The position numbers and the translations under genes are program-made. From contig NW_003314282.1 of NCBI RefSeq assembly GCF_000143415.4, positions 1,569,374 to 1,633,373 on the forward strand: DNA of 64,000 nt, read 5' to 3'. Positions 1-13,156 of the stretch are shown here, in pieces. The notes beneath the pieces were generated by a model. The model ran no database searches, had not been told where the DNA came from, and worked only from the letters and a program-made list of their open reading frames with translations. This stretch comes from Selaginella moellendorffii. Its lineage: Eukaryota; Plantae; Lycopodiophyta. Every line of letters begins with the position of its first letter. Positions within the stretch are counted from its first letter, which is position 1.

Positions 1-1420
1 CTGGAGCATCGAGCTAAAGTGTTCCAAGCTTTGCTGTAGCAGCCCGACGTGAGAACAAGTGTGGAGGATGCACGTGTAGCTCACTTGATCTGGTTGGAAC
101 CCCTCGAGGATTTGCTGCCGAAGGATGAGCTCCATGGCATCACACTTCTGGTGCTTGGAGCACGCCGCGAGCATCGAGTTCCACGAGAACAAGTCCCTGA
201 AGCGCATTCTTCCGAACACTGACTCGGCCTCGCCAAAGCTGCCACACTTTGCATAAAAGTTGACGAGCGCGTTTTGGACGGTGATGGAAGAATCGTAGGC
301 CCCGGAAACAGCGACTTTGCTGTGGATTTTTCTCCCTTTGGTGGCATCTCCAGCGATCGAGCAAGCCGCGAGAACGCTGGCGTAAGTGATCGCGTTGGGC
401 TTTTCTGGATCAAGCTATGAAAACTAAGAAGACAGTGCATAAAGAAAAGAGAAACAACTTACGAGGAGACGAAACCATTCTCTCGTAGAGCTCGATCGCA
501 GGGACTCCATAGCCAAACTGGACGTAACCAGCGATCATAGCGTTCCAGGAAACGATGTCTTTGATCGTCATGGACTCGAAAGCCTCTCTCGCTTCGCCCA
601 TGCTTCCACCTCTCACATACATGCTCACGAGAGCGTTGAAAGCCGCCACGTCCAAGCGAATTCCAGAGCCCAAGATCATCTGGTGGATTTTCCTTCCGGT
701 CTTGAGATCTTTTGCGGCACCCAGAATCGCCGAGTATGTGAAGCAATCCCTCTCCAGATCCATGCTCTCAAAGAGAAACATTGCCTGGAAAAAATCCCCT
801 CTGTGGGCATATGCTGTGATCATCGTGTTCCAAGACACGACAGTCCTGTTCTTCATCCCGTCAAATGCTTCCCTCGCTCGATCGATGCTGCTACACTTGA
901 AATACATCGTCACCACAGCCGTGGCAACGATCGCGTTGGAATCAAAACCACCAGCGAGGATCCTCTCGTGGAGAGCTTTCCCCGCGCCGAGCTCTCCCAG
1001 AATGGAGCAAGCGCTGAGGATGCTTACCATCGTGATCGCGTCCGGGCGCGTCCTTCCCTCGCAATTCATAGCCGCGTAGAGCTCCAGCGCCGCGCGCTCT
1101 TGCCCTTGCCTCACGCACGCCGCGATCAAGATGTTCCACGACTTGACATTGGGGCGGGCCAGGTTCGCGAGCACTGCCCTGGCGTCCGCGATGCCGCCCT
1201 CGTCGCCATGGCTGCTGTAGGCGCCGATGAGAAGGTTGCCGATGTAGCGATCCCTCGAGTCGATGCCGCTGCGCTTGATCTGGGAATGGACCTGGCGGAG
1301 GCCGGCGAGATTGGAGGAGTAGTGCTTGATAAGGCTCGCGATCGCGGGAATGCCAGGCACTGGTGGCGATGGCAATGGAGACGCGTCAAATTTCCTCCAT
1401 TGCCAGGTAGAAGAAACCAT
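1..1420 (-). CDS. PLS-class pentatricopeptide repeat (PPR) protein, organellar RNA-editing factor type; continues off the left edge
   Basis: ORF 410..1420 has P/L/S motifs (NVKSWNILIAACVRQGQ, PDAITMVSILSACS, NAIVATAVVTMYFKCSS, VVSWNTMITAYAHRG). A GT..AG intron at 475-415 (61 nt) joins ERM to LDPEKPNAITYASVLAACS...QNALVNFYAKCGS...PDQVSYTCILHTCSHVGLL, which stays open to position 1. Confidence 0.92.
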
Positions 1421-1593
1421 GGCTCAACGATAAACTTAAGAGAAAATTATATTGCTTCTTTCTATTTCTTAACTAAAGACTCTTGATAAACTTTTAAATA
1501 ATGCACCTTATGGATCCTGTTTTTTGGATGAATTTTGTTCCAGGAAAGTATAGCAAAGAGCTAAGAGACTAAGTGAACTTAAAGCTTTAGTGT

Positions 1594-1800
1594 TTAAAGC
1601 TCACCACCATTTCCTCTTTGTATCCACATTGGACAACCTTCTCGTGAGTTATCTTTTCCTTCTCCTTGCATTTGATCCAAGAGATTGATGCACTCATTGC
1701 TTTGTCCATGGTAAGTGTAAGTGGCAATGGCCAAGTTCCATGATGCCAAGTCCTTCTTAGCCATCTCCAACAAGAGCTTGGCTAGCAAGCCTCCATACAT
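1594..1800 (-). pseudogene. PPR gene fragment
   Basis: KDLASWNLAIATYTYHGQSNECINLLDQMQGEG is a single PPR-like motif in AT-rich decayed sequence. Confidence 0.6.
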
Positions 1801-2839
1801 TATATTATCTCTTATGACATCCTTACTAGCACATTTTGATCATTGCTTATCAACATAATTATGTGTAAAATGATAGAGGCTAAAGACACTTTTGCATTAA
1901 CTTTAATACTGGATGGCATATTCTATGGTAGTCTATTGTGAATTTTACAGAATAATGGGAGTGATAACAATTTTGATTTGGCAATGTTTATTGAGAATCG
2001 CAATTTGGTGATACAAAAAGTTCTTCCATATACAATGGAAAGTGAAACTAATCATAACATTTTGATATTTGTGTAGAAGGGCTAAAAATGTTAGTTGGCA
2101 AAACCACACTCATAAAGAAGTTTAATCTTACAGACATCTATCTTGTAGATCTTATTTTTGGGATGTTATTCTTGGGATCTTATGAACTTTTGTTGTTGGG
2201 ACAAGAATAACAATTATGTTTTTGGGACTTTGACTCTTGTGAAGCAATGATATTGCACATATGAACAAGAGTTATTTTCCATTATTTATGCTTTGTGGAC
2301 ATGGAGGCACTATCTTTATGGTACAATGTTTGTAATGTTGATAGATCATAAATGTCTTGTGTTTCTATTCACATAAAAAGAATTGAACACTAAGAAACTC
2401 ATTAAATAATTAAACTTATAGAGTTTGGGGAGTTTTCAAAAAGCATCATCTAGGGAAATGAATATAATGGTGGATACATTATTTTATATTTATCATGTGA
2501 CGAACTTACAAACTTACCAATACATTTAAGTAAAGTGATTAATAAGTTTATGTAGTTAGTTGAGTGTGCCAAGGCTCAGAATGCTAAGGTGGTTTATTTA
2601 CAAGCCCAAATAAAAGTATCTTTCTCACTAGTAGATAGAATTCTCTATTACAATGGTTGTATGTATTTATCATGAGTGGATGCATTGATTAATCAACTTT
2701 TATTTCATTATTATGATTGTCTATAGGCCGACCATTTTGGGGGGAAGAAGACATATAAACTGATTAAGGACAATTTTTATTGAAGGAATATGAAAGTTAA
2801 TATTCTTAAGTATTGGAATTCATATGAACTTTATCAATA

Positions 2840-3400
2840 AGTAAAGATGCCTTGGGAGAAACTAAGGGGATGTTTGCAATTTTTTCTTATTCCTTAAAGT
2901 TATTGGTATACTATTTTTATGGACTTAATCACTTGTTTGTTATGAGCATAAAGGTGTAAAAAACCAAAGTGCATAACTCGAAAAAGTAATTTGTAAAGGT
3001 TTTGTACAGAAAAAAGCTTATAAATAAAAGTGCGTCATTTTTTTCAACTGGTTAAAGGTTTTGGGATACTTGAGGTTAAACATCCTTGGGTTTGAATAGT
3101 TTGAATAATACTGGGATGAATGATCTCTCAAGAAGCTTAAAAAAGGCAAAAAAAGCAAAACAAGTGTGGATTAATTAACAAAGTATATCCAAATTCAAAA
3201 GCTTACAAAAGGTAAAAGAAGTATGGATTAATTAATAAAGTATGTGTAGTTATTGGCTCAAAAGATTGTCATTGCTTCAAACTTGACTACAATCTCCTTT
3301 ATAATTTTGGTTTGCCAAAGAATATCATTAATGATCAAGACTCAAAGTTCTTAATGCATCCTTGATATATACAACTATGGATGATGGATGAAAAGCTTAA
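2840..3400 (+). mobile_element. Highly decayed Ty3/Gypsy integrase remnant
   Basis: Residual IP..W..IFMDLITCL (~2890-2940) and GLPKNIINDQDSKF (~3309-3350), with many stops. Confidence 0.5.
3010..3207 (+). mobile_element. Degenerate Cassandra LTR remnant
   Basis: aagtgcgtcattttttttcaactggttaaaggttttgggatacttgaggttaaacatccttgggtttgaatag...ccaaattcaaaagcttaca aligns by eye to the reverse complement of the 3689-3883 LTR, including the 5S-like segment. Confidence 0.6.
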
Positions 3401-3688
3401 GCAGAATTCCCTAGAAAGGATGATCATTAGTACTTGACACAAGGACTTTATTGAGGAAAGAATTGTTATGCACCAACTTTGACCATATAATCAATATGGG
3501 TCAAAGGAAAATTCAAAGATATATTCTTAGGGTAAAGAATTTAACCTTAAAAGGAGGTAAAACATAATCTAAGCAAGGTTAGGCCTCTTTATCTTGTTAT
3601 TTAGTGTTGAGTCATAACAGCAATAGCCACCACCATCTCACAATCCAATCCACTCTCATGATATAATCATAAGCCATCCGGATATGTA

Positions 3689-3883
3689 TGTAAGCTCCTG
3701 AATTTGGACTTCCCGGGAGGTCACCCAGCCCAGTACTGTTCACACCCAAGGACGCTTAACCCCAAATATCTCAAAACCCTTAACCAATTGGAAAAGGGGG
3801 TGCACTTTTGTTCATGGGCCCTTTCCCTCTATATTTGAACCCCTATGGATCGTCTCTCGAGTCGTTCCCTTTAGTTGCTTACA
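3689..3883 (-). mobile_element. Cassandra TRIM solo LTR containing a 5S rRNA-derived segment
   Basis: TG...CA ends, 5-bp TSD ATGTA on both sides, and near-identity to the LTRs at 60083/60482. ggacttcccgggaggtcacccagcccagtac...cccaaggacgcttaac is the reverse complement of the 5S internal control region. Confidence 0.92.
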
Positions 3884-3944
3884 ATGTAATAACTAAGTCA
3901 CTTACACAAATACATACATGTGGGACGACTGGAAGTTATCCCAC

Positions 3945-4215
3945 AAAGGCTTGTCCAAATGCCTTGGTTGAAGCAGTAGCTTTATCCAATTCTATCCCTT
4001 CATTGCCATGGATTGAAGAATTTTTTCTTCTTTTCCCATTCTCTACAAACACTAACACCAAACTCATTTAGTTGATAACATTCTTCCTCTCCAAATAATT
4101 GAAGAGCTCTTTTGTGATATCCACCCTCCCATACATGTTGATTAGCACATTCCTAATCTCTAAGTTGGAATCCAACAGCATCTGGTGATGGATCCTAGCA
4201 CCACTTTAGAGCCAC
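3945..4215 (-). pseudogene. Decayed PPR gene fragment
   Basis: The minus strand reads GARIHHQMLLDSNLEIRNVLINMYGRVDITKELFNYLERKNVIN*, i.e. PPR L/S-motif remnants with stops. Confidence 0.55.
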
Positions 4216-6299
4216 TTGAGGATCCACACTTGTTGAAAGCAACTAGAAACATGATTACTTCAACAATTAGAAAGAAATATAGTGGGAAGGACTTAATGTT
4301 CTTTTGGTGAAATCCATTGTTTTTTACTCTTTATAAACACCACAGAATCAATATTAGCCGTTGATCATACTATATTCAATCTAAGCCATCCAAAGGTAAT
4401 ATTTAGAATATTTTTAAACACTCTCAGCTTAATGGTATATCAATTATGCATATAGATATAAATAGTCACAAAAGACTAACATAAGCTTGTCTCTTGCTTG
4501 AATTTGGTTCACAAAGAATTGCCTTTAGAATTCAAAGAGTTTTCCTTGTAAGACCATCTAGAAAAAGGCCCAAAGCTTCCAGCAAAAGCATGCAAGTGTT
4601 AAAAAGCATGGACCATTTTTTAGCTCATGGGTTGAAGAGTTGAGCTTACTAGTTGAGCTTAATTTTCAATTGTAATTTAATATAAATATTATAACCTTTA
4701 AAATATTAAGGTTATCAACTCTCTACATATTATATAGATAAAAATATTCTAAAGGATAATTCTTGTTCTAACAATTTAAATTAATCTTATCACTTCCTTA
4801 AATTTGTGCTCTATACTTTCTGGCTAGTAAAAGTTAGGTTTTTCAGAATTAAAGAATTATTAAATTTAAAATAAAAAATTTATATAAGGACATGTAACTG
4901 TTTGAAAGGAATAAAACAATTATTGAAATAAATTTTTACATATAAAAGAGAGATTTAGTTCTTCTTTAGAATACATTTATAAGAGGTTTTTTATAACATA
5001 GTGTTTAAAATTTATAAATCTTCACTTGCACTTTTATTTGAAGAGAAGGAAATAAAAATATTTATGGGTTTTAGTGTTACTAATTTTAACTTTTAGAATA
5101 TTTTTTCCTAAAGTAATAATTCAAGTGCTAAAAGTTGCAATAGTTGTCCCATTATACAATATAATCAAACCATACATGAGAAAGAAATAGAGGATAGTGA
5201 TCACGAGTTGGAAATAAATGTAATAATAGAGGGTGTAACAAATTAAGTGTAGAAAAATGCCTTCCTACTTGTTTTAGAAAATTGCAATTCCATGACTTTC
5301 AAGAAATGCTTATTTGTTTTCTGGCTTTTAGTAGAAACAATGGCAATAATCAATATAACAATATATTCTCTCACAACACACTATAACATCACTCTGTTAA
5401 AAGATTATCATGAAATATTTTTCGAGATGGTAAAGATAGAAATGGAGACACACGAGTATTATAGGTAGTATTGCAAAAGAAACATTCATAAGTATATTAA
5501 ATGAAAAGTATAATTTTTAGTAATTACATAAATAAAGTATACTAAATTTATATCATTGATAGAGATTGATAGTCTTGGAAAATCTAGTTAGCTCTAAAAG
5601 TTTTCTACAATTCAGCAATAGTAAAGTTTGTGTAGGTATGTGAATTTCTATTCTAGGATTTTGGTATAAAGTGTTAATGAAATTTTATTATATATGTTTG
5701 TAAAAAGCATATGCCTTCCTATGTTCGTCGCGTTTAGTAAAGTTTAGACATGTGCAAAAAAGAAAATCTTAAATAGCAATTGTGTACTCTCCACTCTGTT
5801 TTAACTATATACTCCTTTGCAAGAGTAATGATATATTTCATGGAGAAAATTTTATACTCAAATGTTAGAGTGAAATTTATTTTACCTTGCTTTTGTTTGT
5901 AGATAATACTAATAAATTTAACTATCTTACCTTTCCTTGCACTCTTATGCATCCTTATAAGAATAGTGTTAGTTTTGTCAATCATGTCTCCAACTCTCCT
6001 CCTCTCAAGATTGAAATTAAATTTTTCAAGGTTTTCAATCTCATTTGAGGTGAGTGCAACTTCATTAACAACAAACCATTCTCTAGGTACTACATTAGGT
6101 TTCATCACTAGTGTTTTTAAGTTACTTCGTATGGTTGGCATCAGTGTTGTAATTAGTACCATCTTGAGAATTCTACTTGCTTTGGTTCTCCATAGAAATA
6201 TAAGGTTGGAACAAAAGTAAATTTATCACCACAGATCTAAATTCAACATTTGCCCCTCATAAGCATCCCTCTTTTTTCTCTTTCTTTTCAATCATGTTT

Positions 6300-6430
6300 G
6301 CAGCCGTGGCAAAATACAAATAGAAAACAATAGGAGTGGAAGAAAGATGATGCACCAAGGAGTGGGGACATTCAACACAGCCGTGGATGCGGCCCTAGCC
6401 TACGACATTGCGGATTTTGCTAACACTTGA
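6300..6430 (+). pseudogene. AP2/ERF DNA-binding domain remnant
   Basis: GVGTFNTAVDAALAYDIA matches the AP2 core WLGTFxTAExAAxAYDxAA; no intact gene surrounds it. Confidence 0.55.
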
Positions 6431-7868
6431 CAGATTGCCCATTGCCTCGGCTTTACATTATAAAAAGTAATTTCAACTTGTTATAACGTATTCTCTTCAT
6501 CAACCACTTGAGGTGGTTTAGTTTGGGGCAGTATCTTAGAGTTAAATGGTACTTAACATCAAGTTTGATGCATATTTTTTATTCTAGAATTCTTCCTCCT
6601 TAAAGAATCCAATGTTTTAACAACTCTCTATGGTCATTTAAAGCCTTCTTGGCAACTTCTAGAAAGCTAAGGAGGCCTCTAGCATTTCCTTTGAGCTTCT
6701 TGATAACCTAGCTCTTGGTGTGGTTGTTGCTCATGACACCATTACAACACCTCTTATAGGATCACTAAAGGTTAGTCAAAATCCTTTTACCACCTCTTAT
6801 TTAGCTTGTTTTTTTTTTGCATTTCTTCCAAGAACAGTCTTCTAGCCTTCTAGAAGTGGAGCTCCCTCTTGCCATATAACAAGATACTAAATTTTGGAGA
6901 CCCTTTTACTAATTTTAAAACACACCATAAATCTCTCTAAGTGGTCACTCCTTGCATAAAAATTTATCAAATATTCTACTACCTCTAATATCAAGTAGGG
7001 ATATAGTCAGACTTGCTTTATTAGCCCATAATATTCTTCCATGTGGCCTATTATGTAGCAAATCCTCCAAAAACATGGAAGCACAAAGTCAATAATCTTT
7101 ATATGGGGAGACTATTGGTTGGGAACTATATGTGTGTATAGTGAAGGGCTCATTGTTGCTTGGAACTCCTCATGAAATCAGTTAAGAAAAGGTGGCACCC
7201 TATTTCTAGCTTCAAAGATTTAATTAAGTTTGCAACAATCAGTGAAAACTAGAAGGCACTGTGTCATATAGATTCTTCTTAAGTATGCCCAAGTGAGAAT
7301 CTAGTGAGTTGTGAGAAAGGAAAATAAAGATTTACCATGTGCTAAAGTGAAGCATTCATCAACTCTTCATTGCTCACTAACAACACTTCAAAAGCGTTCT
7401 TAAACACTTTTAATTGCTCCAAAATAGGGGTGAACCATTTCTCTTCTTCTTATAGTCAATTTTCCTTGATGATTTCCTTTAAATTTCTATTATCTTTTAG
7501 CATAGACACCCAGGGAATATCTACACATCTCCACATCACACCCTAAATTGCAAGCTAGCCTAGGATTCAAAATGCATTTTGAACTTAATTCATTTAGCTT
7601 TATAAAGAAGTTCACATTAGGGATTAAACTTGCAAATAGACAACTTTCCTTCCAACCAAGCTTTAAAAAAAATTCAGAAGCCTTAACTGTACTTGGAAAA
7701 CAACGATCTAAACTTTAAAACCTTACCTTCTGTGCTTGCAGGTAAAAACAAGCTTTACTGGTTCGATGAGCCTTGGAATTTCAGCCACTTCCATTTGGTG
7801 ACTATTCAAGGTAAGTTTTTGAAGTCTTATTGAATCTTATTTCACAAGAAAGTTTTCACAAGTCAAGT

Positions 7869-8789
7869 ATGAGATTGTTTCTTCTAGCAGCTCTCATTCT
7901 AACCTCTCAATTGGATTTGTGCTATGCACCACCAGATGGGATTTTTAGAATAAGAGCCTTGCATAATATGCTCACCGTGGAACAAGTAAGAGCAGTGGTA
8001 GAAAGAATACAAGGCTACGTGAGAAATATACGTGATAATGTTCGATTTGGGGCTGGAAGAACGATGGAGCTTGTCGTGATTTTTGATAGGAATACATTTG
8101 TTAATGTCTATTTATTTGTGTATAGTAGAGTGTTTGACGAGACCCCAGGTATTTGTACCATGCGTCCAACGATCCAAGATGTGCGTGGCCAAAACCTACG
8201 GCAAAATATACTGGATATGTGCGACAGGATACTAGAAGAGTTATGGGATATAGAACGTTGGTACGGTTATGTTGACATTGTTCTTCAACATATTGGACTT
8301 CATTATGAACTAGATCTTCCAAAAAGTAACCGGCTTTTGTTCTTCAACTTCTCGTCGGTTAATACATCTGATGATCACAAGGATGAAAAGCTTGGTGGGT
8401 ATAATAGCGATATAAGACACTGTTGGGTCTATACTACATCACTGGTCAGTGGCTCTAGAAACATTCTTGGCTCGTATTTGCTGGGTGGAAACAGCTTAAT
8501 CTCGTCTGATAGTTCTTATAGGTTGACAATGCAAAAGAATTGCAATCTCGTACTACAAAGTCCCAGGGGAATAATCACATGGAGCTCGGGAACACAGGGA
8601 AAAGACTCCAATTGCTACTTAATCCTGCTAGCTAATGGAAAATTGGTGATTCTTGGATCTAGAGGAGAGGCGTGGTCAAGCAAAATTATCTCCATCCAAA
8701 AGAAGTTATACGCTCTTGTGATTGAGAATCTTGGTTACTTGGCCATTTACAGAACAGACACGGCCACACTTGTTTGGAAATCTCTCTAA
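7869..8789 (+). CDS. Secreted protein: signal peptide + uncharacterised N-terminal domain + C-terminal bulb-type (GNA/B-) lectin domain
   Basis: ATG at 7869 begins a hydrophobic leader (MRLFLLAALILTSQLDLCYA). The C-terminus LISSDSSYRLTMQKNCNLVL..TWSSGT..CYLILLANGKLVI..AWSS..YALVIENLGYLAIY..LVWKS shows the three-fold B-lectin pattern. Confidence 0.85.
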   Translation: MRLFLLAALILTSQLDLCYAPPDGIFRIRALHNMLTVEQVRAVVERIQGYVRNIRDNVRFGAGRTMELVVIFDRNTFVNVYLFVYSRVFDETPGICTMRPTIQDVRGQNLRQNILDMCDRILEELWDIERWYGYVDIVLQHIGLHYELDLPKSNRLLFFNFSSVNTSDDHKDEKLGGYNSDIRHCWVYTTSLVSGSRNILGSYLLGGNSLISSDSSYRLTMQKNCNLVLQSPRGIITWSSGTQGKDSNCYLILLANGKLVILGSRGEAWSSKIISIQKKLYALVIENLGYLAIYRTDTATLVWKSL

Positions 8790-10349
8790 GAGAATTGTGC
8801 TGATATTGCTTAAAATTTTTATTGATTGATTGATACATGGCCGTCCTTAACAGATTTATATGTACAATACTTTACCATCGTAAAGTATCTAGACATGGCT
8901 GCCCGCAAATCTGCATAAGTTTAGAAACACATAATTTTCTTTTCATTTACAAAAGAAAATGCCAGTGGTTTTTAGTTTTGTAGAAATTAGTATTGACATT
9001 GATAATTAAATCATCACAGTAATAACTTTCACATCCGCCACCTTGTGAACCAGGTGAGCCAAACTGCTCAGCTTTCTTCTTTGTTAGAATAAATAACACG
9101 ACGGTAAGTTAATCTTCAAGGCACACCCAGAAACCATGAGAAATGAAACATTTTGCACTATTCTTTTCGAGTTTTTCGAGAAATGGCTCAACACGAAATC
9201 CACCCGTCACTCCACCTTCGCCATGGCGCCATGCACTGCCTAGCATCTTAAAGGGAAGTGGATTGGCATGGCCCAAGAGAAGAGCGGGAGCAATCATTCT
9301 ACGAGTGTGACGTGGTGGGTCTTGCGCCACGGCTGCTGGGAAAGCTAAACGAGGTGCGAGCTTTTCCTCATTTTTTTTCCTCTCTAGAATTTAATTACCG
9401 ATGTTTTCCGCTCCGGTGAAATTCTTCTTCTAAAGCTTCTTTGCTTTTCTGCTTTGTATAGTTTGGACAACGAGGGCATACCTCATTGGACTCAGGTAAA
9501 GTCAAGTCACTGCCAGTGGCTAGCTTGTCTGCTACGCGTTGATCTTGCAAAAGATCACAGTGCTAAGCCGCTTCATGGTGAGTAGGTCTGGCGCACCTGG
9601 AAGGGCGACTGGAATTGCAAGTGGTGGAGATCGTCGTCGAGGTGCCTCCTTGACTGGTTTGCAATGCTGCTGCAAGGAGACGTAACGACCTCCCAGACAC
9701 GGTTTTGAGGCTGCGCAAGTGCTTTTCGCGTGGCCACAAGTACTGATGGGTATTGAAGACTGAAGACAAGAGGAAAGGTTTCCATTGGCATACATGTATT
9801 ATTATTGTTATACCTATGTGCTATTTGTTTACGGCTGCGTGCTCATTCATTCCTATCAGATCATTTTAAATTTGTGAGCTTCACCGGCTTTAAAACTTTC
9901 ATACCAGATCAGGCGCTTCGCTTTACAGTTTCTCCAGTTTAAAGAGATCTGGGAAAGGGAAAGGTTGACCTTTTTAGATCCGACAAGTCTTCGAATGACT
10001 ACTCAGTGGTCGAGTCATCCTTCCAGGTATGAGCTAAGTTACGTGATGCTTGCTCCAAGAGATCTTCTCGAGCAGGTGGTCTCTAGATTTGATTCTTGAG
10101 ATGCCATTCTCCGGATGCCATTCTTGTCATCGGAGGGTGAGATCGAATATGCATTCTGGCTGAGGGTGGGGATCGAATATGCACTGCCTAAGGACGTGAC
10201 CGCATTATGGAGATTTGCAATCGCTGGGACTCCGTGGGTGAGTGCTTTAAGAAATACCTTGCAACTCCAAAGCATGGAAACAACAATCTACCTTTTATGT
10301 CCTTGCCTTTTATGTGCTTAACAAGCTTCAGTTAGTTTTCCAAAAATTC

Positions 10350-11130
10350 AGCCCGTTTCTTCTAGCAGTAATCTCTCAGCTCTATGCACCTCCACGTGGG
10401 ATTTTTAGAATGAGACTCTTGTATGGTATGCTCAAGTAAGAACCATGGTAGAAAGGATACATGACTACGTGATAAATATACGCAATAACGTTTCATTTCG
10501 GGCTGATGGAACTTATCGTGATGCTTGCACAGAATACGTGTGTGAACGTCAGGTTACTAGTGTTTAGTAGAGTGTTTTACGAGACCGCGGATGTGTGTAC
10601 CATGGGCCCAACGATCCAAAGAGTGTTTGGCCAAAACCTACGGCAAAATATACTGGACAGTTAGTAGATCAAGAACGTTGGTTCTGTCGTGTTGATATTG
10701 TTCTTGAATATATTGGAATTGATTATCAGCTCGAACTTCCTAACCAGCTTTTGCTCTACAGCTTCTCGTCGCCTAAATCTTGATAATCACAAGTTTGATG
10801 ATCTAGAGCTTCATGGGCTTGAAAGCGATATAAAAGATTGTTTGGTCTATAGTACATTATTAATCAGTGGCTCTAGAACGCTCTTGGCTCGCAGATGCTG
10901 GGTGGAACAGCTTAATCTCGGCTGATAGTTCTTATAAGCTGACAATGCGAAGCGATTGCAATTTCGTGCTACAGAGTCCCAGCTCGGGAACATAGGGAAA
11001 AGGCTCCGATTGCCTGCTAGCTAATGGGAATTTGGTGATTTTTGGATCTAGAGGAGAGGCATATCCAAAAGAAGCTGTGATCGAGAATCTTGGTTACTTG
11101 GACACTTGTTTGGAAATCTCTCTAAGATAA
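10350..11130 (+). pseudogene. Frameshifted paralog of the 7869-8789 lectin-fusion gene
   Basis: Co-linear DNA similarity (gctatgcacc..gggatttttagaat, gttgatattgttcttgaatatattgga, ggtggaacagcttaatctc, tttggaaatctctctaag) with indels and stops. Confidence 0.85.
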
Positions 11131-11547
11131 TCATGCTTATATAATGCTTAGTCTTGTTACTATCATACCCGTACGCTCCTTCATTGCATAACTTCAAGGC
11201 GATTGATTGATTGATTGATACATTCTCGTCCTTGTGTGAGATCATTGTCATATCTTAGATCTATATTACACCATAAGTTTGGGTATTATATTATTCTCCA
11301 GTTTGTTGTACCAGCATCGTCCCAGCTGCCGTACGCACCGCGGTAAACTCGCAGTCACGCTTGTCAAAGTAAATTCAAAGGCGTGGGAAGAAACCTGATT
11401 GGAGGATCGGATGATTGGGGAGGGGAATCTTGTCGACACGTTTGTAGCAATGGTCTAGGTCGTATTACGCCCTAATCTTTCTTTCTTTGCATTGGCGCTT
11501 GGTTTTTCCTCTAGAACTAGGCGAGAGCGCGGGCAAAATATTTCGCC

Positions 11548-12569
11548 ATGGATGCCGATTCGTGGAGTTGCGCGATGAATGGGGGCGGCAGGAAAGATCC
11601 CCCGGGCGCTGCCGATGCGGCGCTCGTTTCGCTCCAGGATCTGAGGTCCAAGTTACAGGAGTTTGCGCGCGTCCGCGATTGGGATCAGTTCCACAGCCCC
11701 CGCAATCTCCTGCTCGCGCTGGTAAGAATCGCTGCCCCGAGAGAGCGCTCGATCGATTAGCGATTGAAATATTTCGGAAATATTTCGAAAATATTCCTTC
11801 CTCTTTCTCTCGATTGCCTGATGGCGAGAGGCTTTTTAAATGCTTTCTTTCTCTTCTTCCGATCGATCAGGGAGAGTTCCTGCCTTGATTGTAGAGAATG
11901 TCTCTGATTTGTGACCTGTGTGACTGCACTGTTGCTGCTTGCGCTGGCTGGGAGGCCCGTGTCCCTGGCGATGGCCCCTGGCCAGGGGAGCATTGTTTTC
12001 TAGCTCTAGAGCAAATCGACCCTCGCTCATTAATGTGAATGGGGGTGCCTGGAGCTCGGGTGGTTTTGTCCGCTTTTTGGAGAACATATTTTTCTCATTT
12101 GCTTCTTCTTTGTTTTGAGGATGGGATGGAGCGATCGCTTTTATTTATTCCTTTCTCCTTTCTCTTCTTCTTTCTCTCTTTGGCTGGGTCGCCTGCCAGT
12201 TTTGCCGCTCTGTGTTTGCTCCTCACGTTGGCCTTGTGGTGTTTGGGATGCTTGAGTGGAGCGCGCTTGATTAGTACCAAACTTTTAGCCATTGTCTTTT
12301 CTTCTCCTTTTTTTTTTCAGGTTGGCGAGGTGGGTGAGTTGTCCGAGATCTTTCAATGGAAAGGCGAAGTCCAGCGGGGGCTCCCGGATTGGAACGCGGC
12401 CGAGAAGGAGCACCTCGGGGAGGAGCTGTCGGATGTGCTGCTCTACTTGGTCCGGCTGGCCGATGTGTGTGGAGTGGACCTCGGCCAGGCGGCACTCAGC
12501 AAGCTCAAGAAGAACGCGGTCAAGTACCCGGTCGAGAAATGCAAGTCCCAGAGCACAAACGCGCAATGA
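11548..12569 (+). CDS. DCTPP1: dCTP pyrophosphatase 1 (MazG-like, RS21-C6 family), 2 exons
   Basis: Exon 11548-11721 (FARVRDWDQFHSPRNLLLAL), GT..AG intron 11722-12320, exon 12321-12569 (VGEVGELSEIFQW...EELSDVLLYLVRLADVCGVDL...KNAVKYP). Confidence 0.93.
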
Positions 12570-13156
12570 AAAGGGGAGACACACACACACACACAACACT
12601 CAACAGGTTCTTCTCATTTTTCTCTTCGCTCCCAGCAATTTTGGCTTCTGTCTTGGATAAGTAGGTAGGTGCACAGTTCTCGCATTCTTTCCCAGTTTGA
12701 ATCTTTCTCCTAAGATCGGAATGTGAAGCTTTCCATTGACTTGTGTGTGCAACAAAGCAAAGACCTGTTTTGTGTCTGGATCAAGATCAACGAGATCAAC
12801 GGGATCAACGGGATGAGATGTTCTTCTAATCCCCGTTCGTGTGGGTGCAGGAAGATATTTTTTGCAGCGTCAGAAATCTTGGGGGATCCATGCCGCGGAC
12901 TTATAAGGCAGGATCCAGGCGCTCGTGCAGACATGCCACTCAGACGTGTTTGAAAGTAATCGCACCGGCAAGGGTCCCATTTCTCCCCCCTTAGTGGTTC
13001 CTTTTCTTTGGATACTGCTTTCCATCCTGGCTTTCTACTTTAGCACTGAGACAAAGTCAGCCCAAGCCAGCTTTGTCTTTCCTCTGTACCTTTGTATACC
13101 AAAGAAAAGTCTGATTTGACCTACAAATCAGTCAGTGCTAAACACCTTTCAAACAA

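Noticed and set aside
555-1486. Long plus-strand ORFs opposite the PPR gene, and similar antisense ORFs over DDX3, the cargo gene and the transposase
   Set aside because: They are shadow frames of GC-rich coding sequence.
5734-6220. 142-aa and 84-aa ORFs in AT-rich DNA
   Set aside because: No recognisable domain, and the surrounding sequence is decayed.
12710-12950. Possible snRNA (Sm-site-like ATTTTTTG, short GATCAACG repeats)
   Set aside because: No recognisable U1/U2/U4/U5/U11/U12 sequence; more likely 3' UTR or intergenic DNA.
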